The notes beneath the pieces were generated by a model, which saw nothing but the letters and a program-made list of their open reading frames with translations, did not search any database and was not told the DNA's origin. From Candidatus Latescibacterota bacterium (GTDB lineage Bacteria > Latescibacterota > UBA2968), in the NCBI GenBank assembly GCA_965208125.1, contig OZ242320.1:3520001-3584000 (forward strand): a stretch of DNA of 64,000 nt, given 5' to 3'. Position numbers and translations under genes: made by a program. This document shows, one piece after another, positions 20,535 to 31,278 of the stretch; within the stretch, counting starts at the first letter, position 1, and the number at the start of each line of letters is the position of its first letter.

Positions 20535-21965
20535 ATGCACACTCTTGAAACACATCCCTTTGCAGCGTTGTTCGGTGTTGATGAAAGCGTGGCTTCGCAG
20601 GCATTGTCCGAAGCGATGTCCCGAGGTGCCGAATTTGCCGATCTCTATTTTCAGTATGTGCGTACGACGTCTCTCAGTTTGGAAGATGGGATTGTTTCCA
20701 GTGCCAATACAGGCGTTGATCAGGGCGTGGGGATTCGCGCGGTGATTGGAGAGCAGGTTGGCTATGCTTTTTCCGAGAGTTTAGAAGTAGATGCTATTTA
20801 TAAGGCTGCTCGGACAGCGGCTGCGATAGCAGAAGGCACAAAGAATATGCCGCCGCAACACCTGCAGGGTAGAGAGGTTGGCAATTACTACGCGATTGGC
20901 CGCGACTGGGATGAGGTCAATATTACCGAACGCCTGCCACTGGTGCAAAGTTCAGAGACGATGACTCGCGCAATGGATCCCTCAATAGAAAAGGTGTCTG
21001 TGGGGTGGATGGACAGGGATGAGCGCGTGCTTATTGTGACCAGCGATGGTGTTTTCAGTACGGATCGTCGGCCTATGGCGACGCTGTATTGCTCGGTGAC
21101 TGCGAACAAGAATGGCGTGCGGCAGAGCAATGGGGCTTCGGTTTCCCGGCGCGAGGGCATTGGCTATTTTACCGAAGAGAATATCAGAGCGGTCTGTCAA
21201 AAGGCGGTTGATCGCACGATGATTCTCTTTGAGGCGCAGCGCCCACCTGCTGGCGAGATGCCGGTGGTGCTTGCAGCAGGTGCTTCGGGTATTTTGCTCC
21301 ACGAGGCGATTGGGCACGGTCTGGAAGCTGATTTCAACCGCAAGGGTACGTCCATTTATGCGACGATGATGAATGAGAAAGTCGCCCCGGATTTTGTGAC
21401 GATTGTCGATGATGGTTTGCAGGAAAATGATCGCGGGGCGCTCAATGTAGATGACGAGGGTCAGGCTACCGCGTGTACAACGCTTATTGAGAACGGCGTC
21501 TTAAGAAGCTATTTGCACGATCGCATTTCGGCAAAACACTATGGGGTTGCACCCACGGGGTCGGGGCGCCGAGAGAGCTTTCGGCATGTTCCTATGCCGC
21601 GTATGCGATCTACGTATATGCTCGACGGACCCCACGCCCGCGACGAGATTATTGGCGCTGTCGATTACGGCATTATTGCCGATACATTTACCAATGGACA
21701 GGTGCAAATTGGCGCGGGAGATTTTACTTTTTATATCAAGAATGGATGGCTTATCGAAGGCGGCAAAATTACCGCGCCGATCAAGGATGTCAATATTATT
21801 GGCAATGGTCCCGAGGCATTGAAAAATGTGGTTATGGCAGCAGGCGATGCCGTGTTGGACGATGGTAGCTGGACGTGTGGAAAAAACGGACAGGGCGTGC
21901 CCGTTTCGATGGGCGTTCCGACGATGCTGGTGGAAAAGAGTATGACTGTGGGTGGGGTGAACTAA
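20535..21965 (+). CDS. tldD: TldD metalloprotease
   Basis: GILLHEAIGHGLEADFNRKG, PMPRMRSTY, CGKNGQGVPV. Confidence 0.93.
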   Translation: MHTLETHPFAALFGVDESVASQALSEAMSRGAEFADLYFQYVRTTSLSLEDGIVSSANTGVDQGVGIRAVIGEQVGYAFSESLEVDAIYKAARTAAAIAEGTKNMPPQHLQGREVGNYYAIGRDWDEVNITERLPLVQSSETMTRAMDPSIEKVSVGWMDRDERVLIVTSDGVFSTDRRPMATLYCSVTANKNGVRQSNGASVSRREGIGYFTEENIRAVCQKAVDRTMILFEAQRPPAGEMPVVLAAGASGILLHEAIGHGLEADFNRKGTSIYATMMNEKVAPDFVTIVDDGLQENDRGALNVDDEGQATACTTLIENGVLRSYLHDRISAKHYGVAPTGSGRRESFRHVPMPRMRSTYMLDGPHARDEIIGAVDYGIIADTFTNGQVQIGAGDFTFYIKNGWLIEGGKITAPIKDVNIIGNGPEALKNVVMAAGDAVLDDGSWTCGKNGQGVPVSMGVPTMLVEKSMTVGGVN

Positions 21966-23281
21966 TGGAACGAGAACTTCTCCAACAGGCAGAACAAGCG
22001 ATCGAGCAGGCGCGAAGAGCAGGTGCGAATGATGCGATAGCGCGGGTGCGTGATGAAAACAGCACGGAGTACACGTATCGCGATGGAAATATCGAGCAGG
22101 TTCAACAAAGTGCTACTCGTGGCTTGAGCATTCAATTGTATGTCAACGGGCGGTATTCGACACACCAGACCTCGGATTTGCGCGCGGCGTCTGTTGCCCG
22201 ATTTATCGAAGATGCGGTTGCGTTGACACGGCATCTGGCCGAAGATCCGCATCGCGTTATTCCCGATGCTGCGCTGTATGCAAATCGCCCGGATACGGAT
22301 CTCCAATCCGACGATGCTGTGGTGCGCGATCTGCCTCGCGAAGCGTGTATTGATTGGCTGAAAAAGATGGATGCTATCACCCATACAGATGACCGTGTGG
22401 TGAGTGCTACCGCTGATGCCTACTATGGTTGGAATACGTCGGCTCGGGTGAGTTCAAATGGATTTTCGGGGATACAGAGCGGGACTTCGATAGGCTATGG
22501 CGCGAGTGTGACGCTCAAAGAGGGCGGGCATGGGCGTCCCGAAGATCATCGCTATGTGCGGGCACATCATTTGTCGGATTTGCCCGATCCGGAGACGGTT
22601 GCGCGCGAGGGCCTCAATCGCGCGATTTCCCGATTGGGTAGTGAAAAAGCGCCGAGCGGGCGGGCGACTATGGTGGTTGATCCCGAAGCGGGCGGGCGTT
22701 TGGTTGGCGCGATATGGGGTGCGTTGCAGGCGCGCAGCGTTCAGCAGAACCGGTCTTTTCTCGCTGATAAAAAAGACGCGCAAGTTGCCAGTTCGCTCCT
22801 GACGGTGACAGATGATCCCCTGATGGTGCGCGGTCTCGCATCTCGGCATTACGATGGCGAGGGCATTGCGGCAAAGCGCAGGTGCGTTGTCGATCAGGGC
22901 GTTTTGCAAATGTATTACGTCGATACGTATTACGGACGCAAACTCGGCTGGGAGCCTTCAACGGGAATGTCGTCTAATCTCGTTTTTGCACCGGGCGATA
23001 AAGATCTCAATGGCCTGGTTTCAGGGATTAAAGACGGCTTTCACGTCACGTCGTGGCTCGGCGGCAATGCCGATACGACGACTGGAGATTTTTCTTATGG
23101 TTTTCGCGGCTTTCGCATTGCCAATGGGCAGAAAACAGGTGCGGTGTCGGAAATGAATATCGCTGGCAATTTTCTCGATCTGTTGCAAAATCTCGTCGCC
23201 GTGGGCAATGATCCCAATGTCTATTCCAGTATGCAAACGCCCACTTTGGTTTTTGATAATGTGGCGTTTAGCGGGAAGTAG
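21965..23281 (+). CDS. pmbA: TldE/PmbA family protein
   Basis: Coupled to tldD (TAATG overlap); DGEG and TTGDFSYG motifs; lacks HExxH. Confidence 0.88.
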   Translation: MERELLQQAEQAIEQARRAGANDAIARVRDENSTEYTYRDGNIEQVQQSATRGLSIQLYVNGRYSTHQTSDLRAASVARFIEDAVALTRHLAEDPHRVIPDAALYANRPDTDLQSDDAVVRDLPREACIDWLKKMDAITHTDDRVVSATADAYYGWNTSARVSSNGFSGIQSGTSIGYGASVTLKEGGHGRPEDHRYVRAHHLSDLPDPETVAREGLNRAISRLGSEKAPSGRATMVVDPEAGGRLVGAIWGALQARSVQQNRSFLADKKDAQVASSLLTVTDDPLMVRGLASRHYDGEGIAAKRRCVVDQGVLQMYYVDTYYGRKLGWEPSTGMSSNLVFAPGDKDLNGLVSGIKDGFHVTSWLGGNADTTTGDFSYGFRGFRIANGQKTGAVSEMNIAGNFLDLLQNLVAVGNDPNVYSSMQTPTLVFDNVAFSGK

Positions 23282-23307
23282 AATGAGTGGCACGCCGAGG
23301 AAAAATA

Positions 23308-24591
23308 ATGTCTGCCGCGTCAAAAACGCCGCGCCATATTGCGCTGGATATTCTCTGCCGCGTTGAACGGGGCGCATATCTCGACCGCTTGCTCGACGCG
23401 CAGCGCGAGCATATCCGCGGTCTCGATGGCGATTTGCTTCAACGTCTCGTGCGGGGTACGCTGACCTTTCGGGCGCGTATCGACCATATTTTGACGCCCT
23501 ATCTCAAAAAACCCCTGTCCAGACAGCACGCGAAACTCCGCAATCTCCTGCGCCTCGGTGCTTATCAACTCCAGTATCTCGACCGCGTGCCACCTTATGC
23601 AGTTGTTTCTGAATCCGTTATTCTCGCCCGTCACATTCTCGGGGATCCGGTTGCCAGGCTGGTCAATGCCGTGTTGCGCGGTGTAGCCGAAGACCGCGAG
23701 CCAGTTGTTTTTCCCGATTTTGATCGCGATCCCGTCGAATATCTCGCCATTGCGACATCACATCCTCAATGGCTCGTCGCGCGATGGATCAAACGCTACG
23801 GCATAGATGAAACACGCGTCTTGTGTGAGTTTGACAATGCCCAACCCGCCCTCACGATTCGCCCCAATGCGTTGCGAACGACGCCCGATGCCCTGCGCGA
23901 GCAACTCGCTATTGAGGGGATTGAGGCCGAATTTTCAGCGTCCGATCTTCTCACAGTATCCCATGTGGGTCGCCTTTTTCAGAGCAGGGCTTATTGCGAT
24001 GGTCTCTTTAGCGTTCAAGGCGCGGGGGCTGCGATGGTTGTTCCTCTGCTCGATCCCCAACCCGGCGAGGCTGTTCTCGATTTGTGTAGTGCGCCCGGTG
24101 GTAAAGCCACTGCTATGGCGGAGCGCATGAAAAATCGGGGTTTTATTCTCGCTACAGATCTCTACCCGCGCCGTCTCGAAATATTAAAACAAAACACGCA
24201 TCGACTCGGGGTTACATGTGTTTGCCCACTCGCTGCCGATGCGCGTTATTTGGCTGTGAATCGCTTATTTGATCGGGTTCTGGTCGATGCGCCCTGTTCC
24301 TCGCTGGGTATTCTGAATCACCATCCCGATCTGCGATGGCGGGAATGTGATATTCACGGTCTTGCGCGCTTGCAACGTGCTCTTCTCGATAACGCAGCCG
24401 ATTACGTGTGCCGAGGGGGCGTTCTGGTTTATAGTACTTGTACGCTTGAACCGGAGGAAAATGAGCGCGTTGTCGAAGGCTTTTTAAGCGATCATCCGGG
24501 CTTTCAAGTCACCCATCCCTATCTGCAATTACCACCCCATAAAACTGGTAATGATGGTGTTTTTGCCGCGCGGTTGCATAAAACTTCTTAA
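23308..24591 (+). CDS. rsmB: 16S rRNA m5C967 methyltransferase (NusB domain + Sun)
   Basis: LRLGAYQL, VNAVLR, DLCSAPGGKA, DAPCS, YSTCT. Confidence 0.9.
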   Translation: MSAASKTPRHIALDILCRVERGAYLDRLLDAQREHIRGLDGDLLQRLVRGTLTFRARIDHILTPYLKKPLSRQHAKLRNLLRLGAYQLQYLDRVPPYAVVSESVILARHILGDPVARLVNAVLRGVAEDREPVVFPDFDRDPVEYLAIATSHPQWLVARWIKRYGIDETRVLCEFDNAQPALTIRPNALRTTPDALREQLAIEGIEAEFSASDLLTVSHVGRLFQSRAYCDGLFSVQGAGAAMVVPLLDPQPGEAVLDLCSAPGGKATAMAERMKNRGFILATDLYPRRLEILKQNTHRLGVTCVCPLAADARYLAVNRLFDRVLVDAPCSSLGILNHHPDLRWRECDIHGLARLQRALLDNAADYVCRGGVLVYSTCTLEPEENERVVEGFLSDHPGFQVTHPYLQLPPHKTGNDGVFAARLHKTS

Positions 24592-26072
24592 GCCAACTCG
24601 TAGTGGCCGGGGTCAGGTAGTGGCACTGGCCGGGCATCTTCGGTGTTGATGCTCCAGTCGGCCAGTCGCAGGCGCATGGCGGCGAGGGCGTCGCGATGTC
24701 GATCTTCGTCGATCACATTGACCAACTCGCCTGGGTCGGCGACGAGGTCGTAGAGTTCGTCGCGGTCTCCCATGGGGTCGTGGACGTACTTCCACTGGCG
24801 GGTGCGGACCATCTTGCACCGACCGGCTGCCTCGCGCCACTGCAAGGTGTCAATCAGGGTTTTGCGGCCCCAGGGTTGGGGTAGCTTTTCCAGGTCGGCC
24901 ATGGTAAATAGCGGTCCTCCGCTTCCGTATTCGGAAAAAGTCGCGTCCCGGGGTGCGGCTGCGGTTACAGTGGGCAGTGGTATTCCGTGCATGGAATGCG
25001 GCTGCGCCAGCCCTTGTAATTCCAACAACGTCGGCACCACGTCGATCAGATTGGCCATGCTCTGATCGCGCACCCCGGCGGTGACCTGCCCGGGCCAGGA
25101 GACGATTAGCGGTACCCGCGTCAGGCTGTCGTAGAAGACTCCGCCCTTGCACTGCATGGCGTGTTCGCCCATAAAGTCGCCGTGGTCCGAACAAAAGACC
25201 ACAATCGTCTGCTCTCGCAGCCCCAGTGCGTCGAGTTTGTCGAGTATTTGGCCGAGCGCGTCGTCGATAAAGCGCACCATGCCAAAATACGAGGCCATAA
25301 CGCCGTAGAGATCTTCTATCGGATCGCGGCGCACCCCCAGCATCTGGTAGAGTACGCGGTTGCGCTCGGGGGCGCGTTCGTCGTCGAATTCGTCGTCGCG
25401 CCAGGGGGGAAGGTCAATGTTCTCGGGCGGAAACAAGGCCGCGTACTTGGCCGGGCACAGCCACGGTTCGTGTGGATCGGGAAAGGAGACCCACAGGGCA
25501 AAGGGGTGGTCCCGGTGCTTTTCGATAAAGCGCGTCGTCTGTCCGGCGATCAGGCCGGTGGAGTGATCTTCCAACGGCAACTCGGAGGTGCCGTAGCTGA
25601 AGCGAGGGTTCTGATGGGCGAGCTGGCGATTTTCGGCGGCGACCTTGCGGCGACCTTCTGCCGACCGGAACCAGTCCATGCCCCGCGTCTCATCGCCGCT
25701 ACCGCCGTGGGTAGAGGGGTTCCACACATCGAAGAGTGCTAAGTCTTCTTCCCTCTGGAAGCAGTGATTTTTGCCGATCAAGCCCGTGGCGTAGCCAGCC
25801 GCTTTCCAGATCTGCCAGGCGTGTTCGGCACCGGCTGGCATCAGGGTCTGGTTGCGTCGGCCCCCGTGCGAGTGGGGAAACTGCGAGGTCCAAAATGAGA
25901 TGCGTGCTGGCACGCAGAGTGGGTGTGGGGTAATGGCGTTTTCAAAGAGCACGCCGTCGGCAGCCAGGCGCTCCATCGACGGGGTTTGGCAAAAGGTGTT
26001 GCCGTAGAGATGGCTGGCTGTGGCGCGCTGCTGGTCGGTCATGATTACCAGGATGTTGGGGCGGTCAGTCAT
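24588..26072 (-). CDS. Formylglycine-dependent sulfatase
   Basis: PNILVIMTDQQR, CVPAR (CxPxR), GKNH, SDHGD. Confidence 0.9.
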   Translation of the reverse strand: MTDRPNILVIMTDQQRATASHLYGNTFCQTPSMERLAADGVLFENAITPHPLCVPARISFWTSQFPHSHGGRRNQTLMPAGAEHAWQIWKAAGYATGLIGKNHCFQREEDLALFDVWNPSTHGGSGDETRGMDWFRSAEGRRKVAAENRQLAHQNPRFSYGTSELPLEDHSTGLIAGQTTRFIEKHRDHPFALWVSFPDPHEPWLCPAKYAALFPPENIDLPPWRDDEFDDERAPERNRVLYQMLGVRRDPIEDLYGVMASYFGMVRFIDDALGQILDKLDALGLREQTIVVFCSDHGDFMGEHAMQCKGGVFYDSLTRVPLIVSWPGQVTAGVRDQSMANLIDVVPTLLELQGLAQPHSMHGIPLPTVTAAAPRDATFSEYGSGGPLFTMADLEKLPQPWGRKTLIDTLQWREAAGRCKMVRTRQWKYVHDPMGDRDELYDLVADPGELVNVIDEDRHRDALAAMRLRLADWSINTEDARPVPLPDPGHYELA

Positions 26073-26100
26073 GGTGTGCTACCTCATTTTTTTATGCGGC

Positions 26101-27354
26101 TTACGACATGGCTTTGCTCAATATCTGCGATGTGCTCGAGCGCATGATTCGGGGATCGACTTGTTCACCATTGCTGAGTGTGTCGCGCACTTGAGAGCCT
26201 GAAATAAAGACCGGTTGTTCATCGGGGTGATTTTCCATCAAATCTACGCGTCCAAGTGATTCGTAATAGGCGGCAAACCCAACGTTCACGGGCTGAATTT
26301 GGAGGTCGCCATTCAGCTGCTCAAAAATTTCCTGTGCATCGAAGTCCCCCCAGATGGCACTGCCGTCGTGATAGGGGGCATCGGCGTGTTTGCGGCCGAT
26401 AATAATGTCGGTGAATCCAAAGTTCTGGCGATAAATGGCGTGCATGACGGCTTCTTTGGGTCCGGCGTAGAACATTTTGATATCCAGTCCGAGCAAAATC
26501 ACCCTGTCCGGTACAGATTCACCGCGCTTTTGCCACAGGTCCGCATCGCTATCCCCTTCGCCCAGTCCCCGAGATGCGATGAGTGCTTCGTAAGTTTGCA
26601 TGCGAATTTCTGCGCGTACGTCGTCCGATTTGGTTTCGCCTACGAGGGGATTTAAGCACGCACCTGCGTTGTGTCCCTGGCGCAGGAGGGTTTCCAAACC
26701 ATATACCAGCGCGTATTCGTGTGCGCGATGCAGGGCATTGCGCGTTTGAAATGCCACAACGCGGTTCCAACCTTTTTGAGCTAACAAGGGCCTGACTTCT
26801 CGCGGGCTGAGTACGTATTGTCCAAAATGTGGATTTTTGGGTTGGGGTAGTACCTGAATTTCACCGCCCAGGAGATGGGTTTTGTCGGCATCGCCATTCA
26901 GGACCATATCGGCGCCAGGATGGTCTGTGCGGTCCGTTAAATATACGCGCTGGAGGTATTTGGTTTTGTCCCATTCAAAGATGTCGCTGATGTCCAGCAT
27001 CGCCACAATTTCGCCAGATGTGTTTTCCAACGCGACTTTCTGTCCAATTGAAAGTGTTTGGGCGAGGTCGGGACTCACGGGTAGTGATATTGGGATGGTC
27101 CAGGCATAGCGCTTGCCGCCTACTTCGATGATGGCTTCGTCGAGTATCCGATGATATGTTTGTGCATCCATTGGTCCTGTTAGTGGACTCAATCCGCCGT
27201 CGCCAAAACGATAGACCGAGGATAGATCTGCATCGCTGACCGGGACGCGCGTCAGTCCGTTTGCTCTGGACAAAAATGTTTCAACATCTACTACCATGCG
27301 ATTGACCGGTTCGGATAGACCACCGTGGGGTGCAATCAAGGGTGTATCGGACAT
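26101..27354 (-). CDS. sat: Sulfate adenylyltransferase
   Basis: [41 protein letters not shown]; RBS GGAGG. Confidence 0.92.
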   Translation of the reverse strand: MSDTPLIAPHGGLSEPVNRMVVDVETFLSRANGLTRVPVSDADLSSVYRFGDGGLSPLTGPMDAQTYHRILDEAIIEVGGKRYAWTIPISLPVSPDLAQTLSIGQKVALENTSGEIVAMLDISDIFEWDKTKYLQRVYLTDRTDHPGADMVLNGDADKTHLLGGEIQVLPQPKNPHFGQYVLSPREVRPLLAQKGWNRVVAFQTRNALHRAHEYALVYGLETLLRQGHNAGACLNPLVGETKSDDVRAEIRMQTYEALIASRGLGEGDSDADLWQKRGESVPDRVILLGLDIKMFYAGPKEAVMHAIYRQNFGFTDIIIGRKHADAPYHDGSAIWGDFDAQEIFEQLNGDLQIQPVNVGFAAYYESLGRVDLMENHPDEQPVFISGSQVRDTLSNGEQVDPRIMRSSTSQILSKAMS

Positions 27355-27463
27355 TTGGATAAACCTCCAGTGTTGTTTTTGATATTCTTGATTCACTAAG
27401 TAATGAATATATCTTTGGCCTGTTTTCTGTCAAGAAATAAAGCGGTTTCGGACCTCTACTTTT

Positions 27464-28525
27464 TCAACGCAGTTCATCCCATTTGAATTCCAGGCGGATG
27501 AGATCTGGGGGCGATTCGCGGTGGTGGAGGGATTTATAGGTTATGATGTTGAAATATACTTTTTTGGCGCGCGTTGTGAAATAAGGCATCGCATAGTACC
27601 CGTCGGGTACAACTGCGCCTTCGTAATTGTCCAATATGGCATAGGAGAGGATTTCGAGTGATTCGGAATCGAACTTGAATAGGCACAATTTCATGCCGCG
27701 TATCGATTCCATGTAATTTCTACCGATGAAGTAGTAGCTGCCATCTCGCTTGAAAAGTCGCGGTCTGCCTATCTGGGCGCGTATGAATTTATAGGTCTGT
27801 GTCAGGTTCACTTCTCTGATTAAGCGGAACGATCTATCGGTAAAATGCATTCGCTGTATGCCGTCCAGTCCCCGCGTGTTGAAGATGTATCCGTCTTCAT
27901 ATCTCAGGAAGGATGTTTCGTTGATGGGGGCGTTGCCAAAGGCTTTTGTGAGGTTTGCTACAAACTGCCAACTTTTTCCGTTGTCATCGGATCGAATCAC
28001 ATCCACATTGGGACTGTTATTTCGATAATGCCGGTAGGGCGTCAGGAGCATCCAGGTCGTTCTGCCTTCTGTTAGAGATTCAAACGCATAGACATATTCC
28101 GTGCCGTTGATGGAGCCGAGTTTTTCGCCGCCTTCAAAATGCACGCCATTGTCCGAAGACCGATACGCAAGTAGCCCGAATTTGTCTTTGGAATTTGGGA
28201 AATGCGGATCTACGTACAGGCCAATATCCCCATTGGCGAATCGGACAAATTCTCCGTTCTGGATCGTGAATCCATCCAGGTGCGCGACAATTTTCCGATC
28301 CGAAATTGTCCCCGTGGTGGGATTGTAGCGAAACATCTCCCAGTCCGCCGCTGGTTCTGTGTTGTGCCGGGTGCCGCGTTTGTAGGCGATCAGGACATTA
28401 TTTTCGTCCAGAAACAATAGGTGAGGTGCCTTCACATAGGGCAGTGTCTCTTGTTCTGCGGCTCGTATCAGGATTTCCAGAGTTTTGTAATGAGGCAGGG
28501 TGGGAGTATGAGATTGAGGGTTCAT
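27464..28525 (-). CDS. Sialidase/BNR (Asp-box) repeat protein
   Basis: Asp-boxes YRSSDNGVHF and IRSDDNGKSW. Confidence 0.6.
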   Translation of the reverse strand: MNPQSHTPTLPHYKTLEILIRAAEQETLPYVKAPHLLFLDENNVLIAYKRGTRHNTEPAADWEMFRYNPTTGTISDRKIVAHLDGFTIQNGEFVRFANGDIGLYVDPHFPNSKDKFGLLAYRSSDNGVHFEGGEKLGSINGTEYVYAFESLTEGRTTWMLLTPYRHYRNNSPNVDVIRSDDNGKSWQFVANLTKAFGNAPINETSFLRYEDGYIFNTRGLDGIQRMHFTDRSFRLIREVNLTQTYKFIRAQIGRPRLFKRDGSYYFIGRNYMESIRGMKLCLFKFDSESLEILSYAILDNYEGAVVPDGYYAMPYFTTRAKKVYFNIITYKSLHHRESPPDLIRLEFKWDELR

Positions 28526-28539
28526 AATAAATATAAGAA

Positions 28540-28575
28540 AACAGGCACTTGCGAGAATATGCGTAAGTGCCTGTT
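28540..28575 (-). terminator. Terminator after tRNA-Lys
   Basis: AACAGGCACTT...AAGTGCCTGTT with a T-tract on the minus strand. Confidence 0.7.
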
Positions 28576-28581
28576 GGATTA

Positions 28582-28657
<76 letters not shown>

Positions 28658-28676
28658 GTTTTTTTGTGTGATTGGA

Positions 28677-28705
28677 AATGTAAAGAAGCCTTTGTTTGAT
28701 GTCAA
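28677..28705 (-). promoter_or_regulatory. Sigma70 promoter of tRNA-Lys
   Basis: TTGACA-17 bp-TACATT on the minus strand. Confidence 0.7.
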
Positions 28706-29175
28706 GTCTTGCGAATATAAGTTCCGCTGCGTCCACCGCTTTTTTGTAAGAGACAGATTTCTCCGATGACCATGTTGCGATCTACTGCTTTGCACATGTC
28801 GTAAATGGTCAATAGGGCGACGCTTACGGCGGTGAGCGCTTCCATTTCGACACCTGTGCGGTCGGGTACGCGCACAGTTGCATGTGCTGTAATGCTCGTG
28901 TTTTCGACTTCAAAATTGAGTTCAACGCCCGTAATGCCCAGCGGATGACACATTGGGATGAGTTCAGAGGTGCGTTTGGCGGCCATGATGCCCGCAATGC
29001 GCGCGGTTTCCAGCACATTGCCTTTGGGGATATTGCCTCCGGTAATGAGATGTAGAGTTTCGGGTTGCATTTCAATTTTGCCCGATGCGATTGCCTCGCG
29101 GTCTGTCACCTTTTTATCTGTGACATCTACCATCTTTACGGATCCCAGTTCGTCAATATGTGTCAATTTTGCCAT
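28702..29175 (-). CDS. moaC: Cyclic pyranopterin monophosphate synthase
   Basis: MVDVTDK, LIPMCHP, TGVEMEALT, YDMCKAVD, KSGGRSG. Confidence 0.96.
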   Translation of the reverse strand: MAKLTHIDELGSVKMVDVTDKKVTDREAIASGKIEMQPETLHLITGGNIPKGNVLETARIAGIMAAKRTSELIPMCHPLGITGVELNFEVENTSITAHATVRVPDRTGVEMEALTAVSVALLTIYDMCKAVDRNMVIGEICLLQKSGGRSGTYIRKT

Positions 29176-29181
29176 GATCTT

Positions 29182-30405
29182 TTACCAACTATTTAATAAA
29201 ATGAGGTCTAATTCGGTTCCCGCAGGTACATGGGCATCTTCGGCATTGACCACGAATAAGCTGTTCGCGCGGGCCATTGAGAACAGATCGGCCGAGCCGT
29301 GGTGCCCGACCCAGGTGCTTTCCCAAACGCCGTTTTTGCCCTGAACACTGTGCGCGGGTACAAATTGCTTTCGCCCGGGCGTTTGTCGAAAGTCGGCGCT
29401 GAGCACTGTGCGGACGGTGGGGAGGTGCAGATCCGTCATGCCCTGCATTTTTCTGATCGCAGGGCGCATGAGCAATTCCAGGCCGACTACGGAAGATACC
29501 GGATTGCCGGGTAAGCCAAAGACCTGTCGCGCGCCTTTTACGCCAAATGTCAGGGGTTTGCCGGGTTTCATGCGGATGCGGTCAAATAGTACTTCGACAC
29601 CCAGATCTCGCATGCCGTCTTGCACCAGATCGTATTCGCCGGCGGAGACACCACCCGATAGGGCGACGATATCACAGGTCTCCAGGCCTTCGCCGATGGT
29701 TTGTATCAACGCATGGATATCGTCTTCTACAATGCCGAGATAACGCGCCTGCGCCCCCGAGCGCAAGACTTGAGCTACCATCGAGTATCCATTGCTGTTT
29801 CGAATTTGCCCGGGTTTGGGTTTGTGGTGTGGTTCCACCACTTCGCTGCCGGTTGCCACAATGCCGACTACTGGTTGGCGATAGATCTCGATATGGATAT
29901 GTCCCACAGCGGCGAGAATGCCAACTTCCGGGGGACGTATGACTGTGTTGGCCTGTAATACTACCTGATCGACGCGCACATCTTCGCCGAGGCGGGCGAT
30001 ATTTCTGCCTGTTTCCGTGGTGTCGAGTACCTGCACTTTTTGGGTGTCTGTATGTGGTAAAGTATCCTCGACCATAATTACCGTGTCTGCACCATCGGGT
30101 ACGGGTGCGCCCGTCATAATTTGAGAGGCTTGTCCACATTCTACGCGTTTTTGCGGCACGGTGCCCGCTGGGATCTCTTCGATTACATCGAGTATGACTG
30201 GTGTATCTCCAGATGCGGATGCGATATCTGCTCCCTGAAGGGCATAACCATCCATGAGGGCTTTGTCAAAGGGGGGCATGTCGATATCCGATCTCACGTC
30301 TTCGGATAAAACGCGCCCGAGCACATCGTCCAATCCAACGCGGGTTTTGTCAATTATCTGTGTGTTTTCCATTACTATGCGAATGGCATCATCCATTTCA
30401 ATCAT
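29182..30405 (-). CDS. moeA: Molybdopterin molybdotransferase
   Basis: PPFDKALMDGYA, IMTGAPVP, TGSE, SGGVSAG, KPGKP, GLPGNP. Confidence 0.95.
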   Translation of the reverse strand: MIEMDDAIRIVMENTQIIDKTRVGLDDVLGRVLSEDVRSDIDMPPFDKALMDGYALQGADIASASGDTPVILDVIEEIPAGTVPQKRVECGQASQIMTGAPVPDGADTVIMVEDTLPHTDTQKVQVLDTTETGRNIARLGEDVRVDQVVLQANTVIRPPEVGILAAVGHIHIEIYRQPVVGIVATGSEVVEPHHKPKPGQIRNSNGYSMVAQVLRSGAQARYLGIVEDDIHALIQTIGEGLETCDIVALSGGVSAGEYDLVQDGMRDLGVEVLFDRIRMKPGKPLTFGVKGARQVFGLPGNPVSSVVGLELLMRPAIRKMQGMTDLHLPTVRTVLSADFRQTPGRKQFVPAHSVQGKNGVWESTWVGHHGSADLFSMARANSLFVVNAEDAHVPAGTELDLILLNSW

Positions 30406-30534
30406 AACTTTACTCCTTGTTTTATTTTCATTAATCGCGCATAATATACGTAAACTTGCCCGAAGTATCTGAGATTTTTTTGTATTTTTTATGGGAAAAT
30501 CGCGATAGAGTGTATCTTAACTATGAGGAGCAAT

Positions 30535-31254
30535 ATGTCCAAGACAGCAATTATTACTGGCGCAGGCACCGGAATTGGTGCGGGTATTGCCATTGCTTAT
30601 GCCGAAGCGGGCTATAATCTCGCGCTTGTGGGGCGGCGCGTAGAACCGCTTGAAGAAACGGCACGGCAATGCGGCACCGAGAATATCGAGATTTGCGCTG
30701 CCGATGTTGCCGACCGCCAGGCGGTTCAATTGCTTGCCGAACAAACGGTCGCGGCATTTGGTCGCATCGATATTTTAGTGAACAACGCGGGTATCAATAC
30801 CAAAAAACGCCACTTGACCGATATTGCAGATGAAGACTGGGACCGCGTTATGGAGATCAATCTCACGGGTGCTTTTAATGCGTTTCGCGCTGTTTTGCCA
30901 CAAATGAAGGTGCAAAATGACGGTCTGGTTATCAATGTCTCATCTATGGCTGGCAAAAGAGCCGGTATGATTAGCGGTGTGGCTTATTGCGCGTCCAAAT
31001 TTGGCATGGCCGCGCTGAATCAATCGATCAATGTCGAGTTTCGAGAGGAGGGCATTCGCGCCTGCTGTATTTATCCCGGTGAAGTCGATACACCTATCTT
31101 AGACCATCGCCCCAATCCCGTCTCTGATGAAAAACGCGCCGCCGCTCTTTTGCCCGAAGACATTGCCGCTGCCGCACTTATGGTCGCCCAGATGCCAGAC
31201 CGCGTCATTGTCGAAGAAATTACCATTTTTCCACGCCGGGTGGTTGGGAGATAG
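30535..31254 (+). CDS. SDR family oxidoreductase
   Basis: TGAGTGIG, NNAG, YCASK. Confidence 0.9.
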   Translation: MSKTAIITGAGTGIGAGIAIAYAEAGYNLALVGRRVEPLEETARQCGTENIEICAADVADRQAVQLLAEQTVAAFGRIDILVNNAGINTKKRHLTDIADEDWDRVMEINLTGAFNAFRAVLPQMKVQNDGLVINVSSMAGKRAGMISGVAYCASKFGMAALNQSINVEFREEGIRACCIYPGEVDTPILDHRPNPVSDEKRAAALLPEDIAAAALMVAQMPDRVIVEEITIFPRRVVGR

Positions 31255-31278
31255 AAGAATATCAGTAAGGAAAATAAA

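Noticed and set aside
20535-23281. RiPP (microcin) cluster around tldD/pmbA
   Set aside because: No precursor peptide or modification enzymes are nearby; the context is housekeeping (xth, rsmB).
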